A stretch of 39,375 bases of DNA from a virus: the UHGV virus genome UHGV-0335613; one strand, written 5' to 3'. The notes beneath the pieces were generated by a model. The model was given only the letters and a program-made list of their open reading frames with translations, was not told the origin of the DNA and searched no databases. Positions 35,975 to 39,375 of the stretch are shown here, piece after piece. A program made the position numbers and the translations under genes. Position 1 is the stretch's first letter, and every line of letters begins with the position of its first letter.

Positions 35975-36070
35975 TGCTTGTTAAGCACATTATAACCATC
36001 TTTTTTGTGTTTGTCAATCATTTTTTTATTTTATTTTGTGCTTTACAAGCATTTATTTCTGTGATATACT
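35975..36070. promoter_or_regulatory. Lysogeny switch: divergent PR (minus, TTGACA-N17-TATAAT at 35989-36017) and P-repressor (plus, TTTACA-N17-TG-TATACT at 36042-36070) with two TGCTT-N3-AAGCA operators
   Basis: Operators TGCTTGTTAAGCA (35975-35987) and TGCTTTACAAGCA (36039-36051). The latter overlaps the -35 of the repressor promoter. Confidence 0.6.
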
Positions 36071-36096
36071 ATTTTTAACCGAAAGGGGTGATAAAA

Positions 36097-36480
36097 ATGA
36101 ATATTGGCGAAAGAATCCGACATCTTAGAAAGAATGAGTTGAAAATGACTCAAGACGATTTTGCTTCTAAAATAGATATATCTCGTTCTAATATAGGAAA
36201 TATAGAGATCGGAAGAATAGCTGTGACAGAAAGAATTATTTCTTCTATATGTAGAGAATTCTCTGTCAGCGAAGAATGGTTGAGAAACGGAACAGGGGAA
36301 CCGTTTATACAGGTTGCACCTTATGAGAAAGCATATAACCGATTTGGTTATATAATGGAGAACTCTTCTCCATCAAAAAAAGCAGCTCTTTCCGTATTAT
36401 TAGAACTGCTTTACAGTGTTCCTGATGAACAATGGGATATGATCATGGAACAATATAATGAAATTAAAAAGGAAAGCTAA
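36097..36480 (+). CDS. XRE-family HTH repressor (CI-like, no peptidase domain)
   Basis: MNIGERIRHLRKNELKMTQDDFASKIDISRSNIGNIEIG HTH. RBS aaaggggtgataaaaATG. Divergent from the early operon. Confidence 0.75.
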   Translation: MNIGERIRHLRKNELKMTQDDFASKIDISRSNIGNIEIGRIAVTERIISSICREFSVSEEWLRNGTGEPFIQVAPYEKAYNRFGYIMENSSPSKKAALSVLLELLYSVPDEQWDMIMEQYNEIKKES

Positions 36481-36590
36481 ACTGCTTTCCCGAAAATCCC
36501 TCGAACTAATTGATAGAGTCTGGATAACTGCTTATCATCCATTCTCTCAATTAGTTCGTGTAAGATTTTTTTGATTTCTTTTGTGTCCAT
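36477..36590 (-). CDS. Small convergent ORF (37 aa, MDTKEIKKILHELIERMDDKQLSRLYQLVRGIFGKAV)
   Basis: RBS ctaggagggtacatgccATG. Speculative. Confidence 0.2.
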   Translation of the reverse strand: MDTKEIKKILHELIERMDDKQLSRLYQLVRGIFGKAV

Positions 36591-36809
36591 GGCATGTACC
36601 CTCCTAGTGTTCATATTAGAACGCACGTTCGAAATTCCTTGATTTAATATTACTACATTATGTAATTTGATTCAATACTTTTCCGAACAATTGTTCTGTT
36701 GTTTTATTGGGCTTACATGATGTTCTGTTAAGTAAGTAATTGGAATGATATAATCGCTACGGCGTTTATATAGAGTAAAGTGGTGTTAATGTACGAAAAG
36801 GAGGATAAA

Positions 36810-37325
36810 ATGGATCTATTTAAAAAAGAGGAAAAAGGAAAAGAAATATTGAATGGTGGAAAAACAGTAAAGCTCCGATTGAAGTCAAACGGAAAGTATA
36901 CTGTTGAAGTAGACGATATCGCCGTAAAAGTTACGCAACGTGGTTTTATGAATGCAGTAAATAGAGGTTTTTCTGGTACAAAAACTTTTCCTTTCAGCAA
37001 CATTACCGCAATCCAATTCAAAGAGCCAGGATTTACAACCGGATATTTGCAATTTATATTATCTGGAAGTTTAGAGACTAAACGTGGCGTTTCCGGCGCA
37101 GTACGTGATGAAAATTCGATTTTATTTACAAAAAAAGAGTTGGCTTTAATGTCGGAGCTGAAAGAATATGTAGAATGGAAAATTTTAAATAAACATCAGG
37201 CAAATACAGTTAATAGTAACAATTCTGAAGCAGATGAAATTTTGAAATTCAAGTCACTTCTTGATCAGGGAATAATTACAGAAGATGAGTTTGCGATTAA
37301 GAAAAAGCAAATACTTGGCTTATAA
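36810..37325 (+). CDS. SHOCT-domain protein with N-terminal PH-like (DUF4429-type) domain; moron between repressor and integrase
   Basis: C-terminal ILKFKSLLDQGIITEDEFAIKKKQILGL (SHOCT). RBS aaaggaggataaaATG. ORF track 36780..37325. Confidence 0.6.
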   Translation: MDLFKKEEKGKEILNGGKTVKLRLKSNGKYTVEVDDIAVKVTQRGFMNAVNRGFSGTKTFPFSNITAIQFKEPGFTTGYLQFILSGSLETKRGVSGAVRDENSILFTKKELALMSELKEYVEWKILNKHQANTVNSNNSEADEILKFKSLLDQGIITEDEFAIKKKQILGL

Positions 37326-37341
37326 ATAAATGATTTTTTTA

Positions 37342-37371
37342 TTGACACGAGTAGTATGCTCACTATATAAT
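37342..37371 (+). promoter_or_regulatory. Near-consensus sigma70 promoter (TTGACA-N18-TATAAT) upstream of int leader
   Basis: attTTGACAcgagtagtatgctcactaTATAATaac. Confidence 0.55.
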
Positions 37372-37438
37372 AACTTAGCAATGGAAACCTTGAATCACGC
37401 CTATAGGGCATTATTATAAGTTCTAAGTTATTATGCGT

Positions 37439-37466
37439 AGACCTCGTAGCAATACGGGGTCTTTTA
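37439..37466 (+). terminator. Intrinsic terminator/attenuator in the integrase leader
   Basis: GACCTCGtagcaataCGGGGTC followed by TTTTAC. Confidence 0.5.
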
Positions 37467-37668
37467 CGTTATTAACCACCACGTTGATATCAACGGAATG
37501 GTAAAGAAAAACCGCCCCAGTGCTACCAACACTGAGGCGGTCTACATATCCGAAGATATGCGATTAAAATCCATGAATATTGTATCATCTTCGGTAGCAG
37601 CTTGCAAGCGGAACATTTGTTTTGCGCTGGCTGTTATTTTTATACTAAAATTTAAGGAGATGATAAAA

Positions 37669-38787
37669 ATGGGAACTAAATACAAGCGCGGAAAAGACGG
37701 ATATTTCCGCACAAAAGCATGGGATGGAACTTATAATACAGATGGAACGAAACACCGCCAAAATCTACAGACAACAAAGTCCAGTAAAGAGCTGGAGCGG
37801 ATTGTACAGGAATTTAAAGCAAAGGTCGAGAACCGGCAGAACATCCGGAAGACGGACATTACATTCCGGGAATACGCAAAGAAATGGAAGGAAGTATACA
37901 AGCACTCCAAAGAGGGTAATACAAAGGCAATGTACAGCAATATAATAGACAAGCACTTTATCCTACTTGATGGAGTTAAAGTATCCGATATTGGCAGAAT
38001 CCACCTGCAGCTCTTACTAAACAATGCAAACGGAAAGCCAAGGACACAAGAGCAGATCTACATGGCATTTAAACAGGTTTTGGGAAGTGCTATGGCGGAC
38101 AAAATCTATCCGCCGGTACTATACGAGGAAATCTTTGCAAGCATCCAAAAACCTAAATATAAGGCGCCGGATAAACGCCCTCTGACGGAATCTGAGAAGA
38201 AAGCTGTCTTTGCCGCAGAGTACAAATACGACAGGGATCAGGTCTACACATATCTGATCTATGGCTGCGGAATGCGCAGAGAAGAGACACTGGCTCTTAC
38301 GGTGTTTGACTTTAACTTTAAAAACAACACCATTACAGTCAACAAGGCTTTTGAATTTGCAACCGGTAACGGGCAGCCTACTCTAAAAGGTACTAAGAGC
38401 GATAATGGAGACCGTACTCTCCCGATACCAACAAAGATATTGCACATTGTGAAAAACTTTGTAGAATCCGCAAGAGCGCGTGGAAAAACTTATATTTTTA
38501 CCATGCAAGGCGGAGAACCGATGTCTAAGAGCAGCTACGATAAAATGTGGGTGAGAATCCGCAAGGCGTTGCAAGAGCAATCGGAAGAACAGATCACCGG
38601 TCTTACATCACACGTATTCCGGCACAACTACTGCACCAACCTGTGTTACCAGATTCCGAAGATCTCGATCAAGAGGATTGCGCAGCTACTGGGGGATTCT
38701 GAAAAGATGGTAATAGAGGTTTACAATCACATAATCATGGAAAAAGAGGATGCTGATGGGGCAGTCAATGATGCCATGAATTTTTAG
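37669..38787 (+). CDS. int: Tyrosine-type site-specific integrase
   Basis: C-terminal catalytic region …HVFRHNYCTNL…VYNHI. RBS aaggagatgataaaaATG. ORF track 37498..38787. Confidence 0.9.
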   Translation: MGTKYKRGKDGYFRTKAWDGTYNTDGTKHRQNLQTTKSSKELERIVQEFKAKVENRQNIRKTDITFREYAKKWKEVYKHSKEGNTKAMYSNIIDKHFILLDGVKVSDIGRIHLQLLLNNANGKPRTQEQIYMAFKQVLGSAMADKIYPPVLYEEIFASIQKPKYKAPDKRPLTESEKKAVFAAEYKYDRDQVYTYLIYGCGMRREETLALTVFDFNFKNNTITVNKAFEFATGNGQPTLKGTKSDNGDRTLPIPTKILHIVKNFVESARARGKTYIFTMQGGEPMSKSSYDKMWVRIRKALQEQSEEQITGLTSHVFRHNYCTNLCYQIPKISIKRIAQLLGDSEKMVIEVYNHIIMEKEDADGAVNDAMNF

Positions 38788-38800
38788 GACAAACATGGGA

Positions 38801-38870
38801 CAAAAATGAGACATTAGACAGAAATGAGACATTTAGAATCGTTTAAAATCGTTTGAAATCGATTATAGAA
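38801..38870. repeat. attP arm-type direct repeats (AAATGAGACATT x2; AATCGTTTRAAATCG x3)
   Basis: gggacaaaaATGAGACATTagacagaaATGAGACATTtagAATCGTTTaaAATCGTTTgaAATCGatt between int and the core. Confidence 0.5.
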
Positions 38871-38878
38871 TTAAGACA

Positions 38879-38917
38879 TAAAAAGAGCGGAAACCCTTGT
38901 AAATACTGGATTTCCGC
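38879..38917 (-). terminator. Intrinsic terminator supplied downstream of the tRNA-Lys 3' segment
   Basis: Minus strand GCGGAAAtccagtatttacaagggTTTCCGC-TCTTTTTAT. Confidence 0.6.
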
Positions 38918-38930
38918 CACTTTAAAGCAA

Positions 38931-38978
38931 TGAGCGTGCGGGGATTCGAACCCCGGACAACTTGATTAAAAGTCAAAG
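38931..38978 (-). other. attP core: 3' 48 nt of a tRNA-Lys(UUU) gene (anticodon arm through acceptor 3' strand), not a complete tRNA
   Basis: CTTTGACTTTTAATCAAG-TTGTC-CGGGGTTCGAATCCCCG-CACGCTCA. The 5' acceptor and D-arm are absent. Confidence 0.65.
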
Positions 38979-39097
38979 ATTCGAAATGCCACCAACGCCT
39001 GTAAACAAGGGATTTCTTGTTCTTTCTCTTAGTCATTTTTTAGACATTTTAAATTTTATAATATTTTTAGACTTATGTCAATACGATGATACAATAT

Positions 39098-39277
39098 TCA
39101 GGACGGCAGATCCATCCGTCCAACACTCATATATGCCGCCCGTAAAAAGGTGTGCATCATTTCGGTTGTCAGGATCATCCCTTCTGGCAGCCGGAACTTG
39201 AATGTATTACCTGGTATCTCCAAAAACTCTTGGTAAAGCAAAAATGTATCGTAAGATTCGTATATTTGATATTCCAT
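39098..39277 (-). CDS. Hypothetical protein (59 aa from internal Met)
   Basis: RBS aatggaggggatagatATG. Extended -10 TGaTATAAT upstream on the minus strand. Confidence 0.4.
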   Translation of the reverse strand: MEYQIYESYDTFLLYQEFLEIPGNTFKFRLPEGMILTTEMMHTFLRAAYMSVGRMDLPS

Positions 39278-39340
39278 ATCTATCCCCTCCATTTATTCCA
39301 TTATATCATAAAAATATTTTAAAAACTTTTCATTTTCCTA

Positions 39341-39369
39341 TTGACTTTACGCCTTATAAGACGTATAAT
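39341..39369 (+). promoter_or_regulatory. Consensus sigma70 promoter TTGACT-N17-TATAAT facing the window end/start
   Basis: ttgactttacgccttataagacgtataat. The nearest downstream gene is 29..454 if the sequence is circular or contiguous. Confidence 0.6.
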
Positions 39370-39375
39370 AAGGCC

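Larger units (their letters stand above)
1..39375 (-). mobile_element. Temperate siphovirus genome or prophage (about 39.4 kb), with integration, lysogeny, replication, packaging, head, tail and lysis modules
   Basis: Contiguous canonical phage modules are present. attP/int sits at the high end. A consensus promoter at 39341-39369 faces the first ORF at 29, consistent with circular contiguity. Confidence 0.85.

Noticed and set aside
38931-39020. Tested whether a complete tRNA-Lys gene is present next to int.
   Set aside because: Only the 3' 48 nt fold as tRNA. The expected 5' acceptor GAGCGTG and D-arm are replaced by unrelated sequence, so it is an att core fragment.
1-39375. Looked for CRISPR arrays, IS elements and transposases.
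   Set aside because: No regularly spaced direct repeats with unique spacers and no transposase-like ORFs. The only recombinase is the phage integrase.

Overview
The window looks like a complete, collinear genome of a temperate siphovirus of a low-GC Gram-positive (Clostridia-like) host, about 39.4 kb, with almost all genes on the minus strand. From high to low coordinates: attP with a tRNA-Lys 3' core and a tyrosine integrase (37.7-39.0 kb, + strand); a lysogeny switch with an XRE repressor (36.1 kb); an early region holding antirepressor, excisionase-like, Sak/NinB/RusA recombination, replisome organizer, YopX and many small Zn-ribbon ORFs (23-36 kb); an ArpU-like late activator, a tRNA cluster and an HNH endonuclease (21-23 kb); the packaging, head and tail module from TerS to tail fibre (2.8-20.8 kb); a lysis cassette of XhlA, holin and amidase (1.2-2.8 kb); and a three-gene + strand moron operon at the start of the window. 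A consensus sigma70 promoter at the window end (39341-39369) points at the first gene (29..454), so the sequence reads as circularly contiguous. The most interesting signals are these. (1) Two near-identical cassettes sit at the 3' ends of the major capsid and major tail genes: a GGGGG slippery run plus a covarying downstream hairpin opens a -1 frame encoding the same 25-aa Lys-rich extension (…ALVGRGK(V/I)GKAKVGKAK) on both proteins. (2) The tail assembly chaperone has a canonical A_AAA_AAA -1 frameshift giving a G/GT pair. (3) A phage tRNA carries a UAU (Ile-AUA) anticodon, and next to it lies an anticodon-armless tRNA-like minihelix. (4) An operator-controlled consensus promoter drives a 37-aa basic, hydrophobic peptide. 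(5) Back-to-back overlapping promoter modules are duplicated in the early region. (6) A promoter, inverted repeat and terminator unit sits upstream of int. (7) An Acr/Aca- or TA-like moron operon lies at the lysis-att junction. In places the printed sequence and the ORF track disagree by one base (homopolymer runs); I followed the ORF track.
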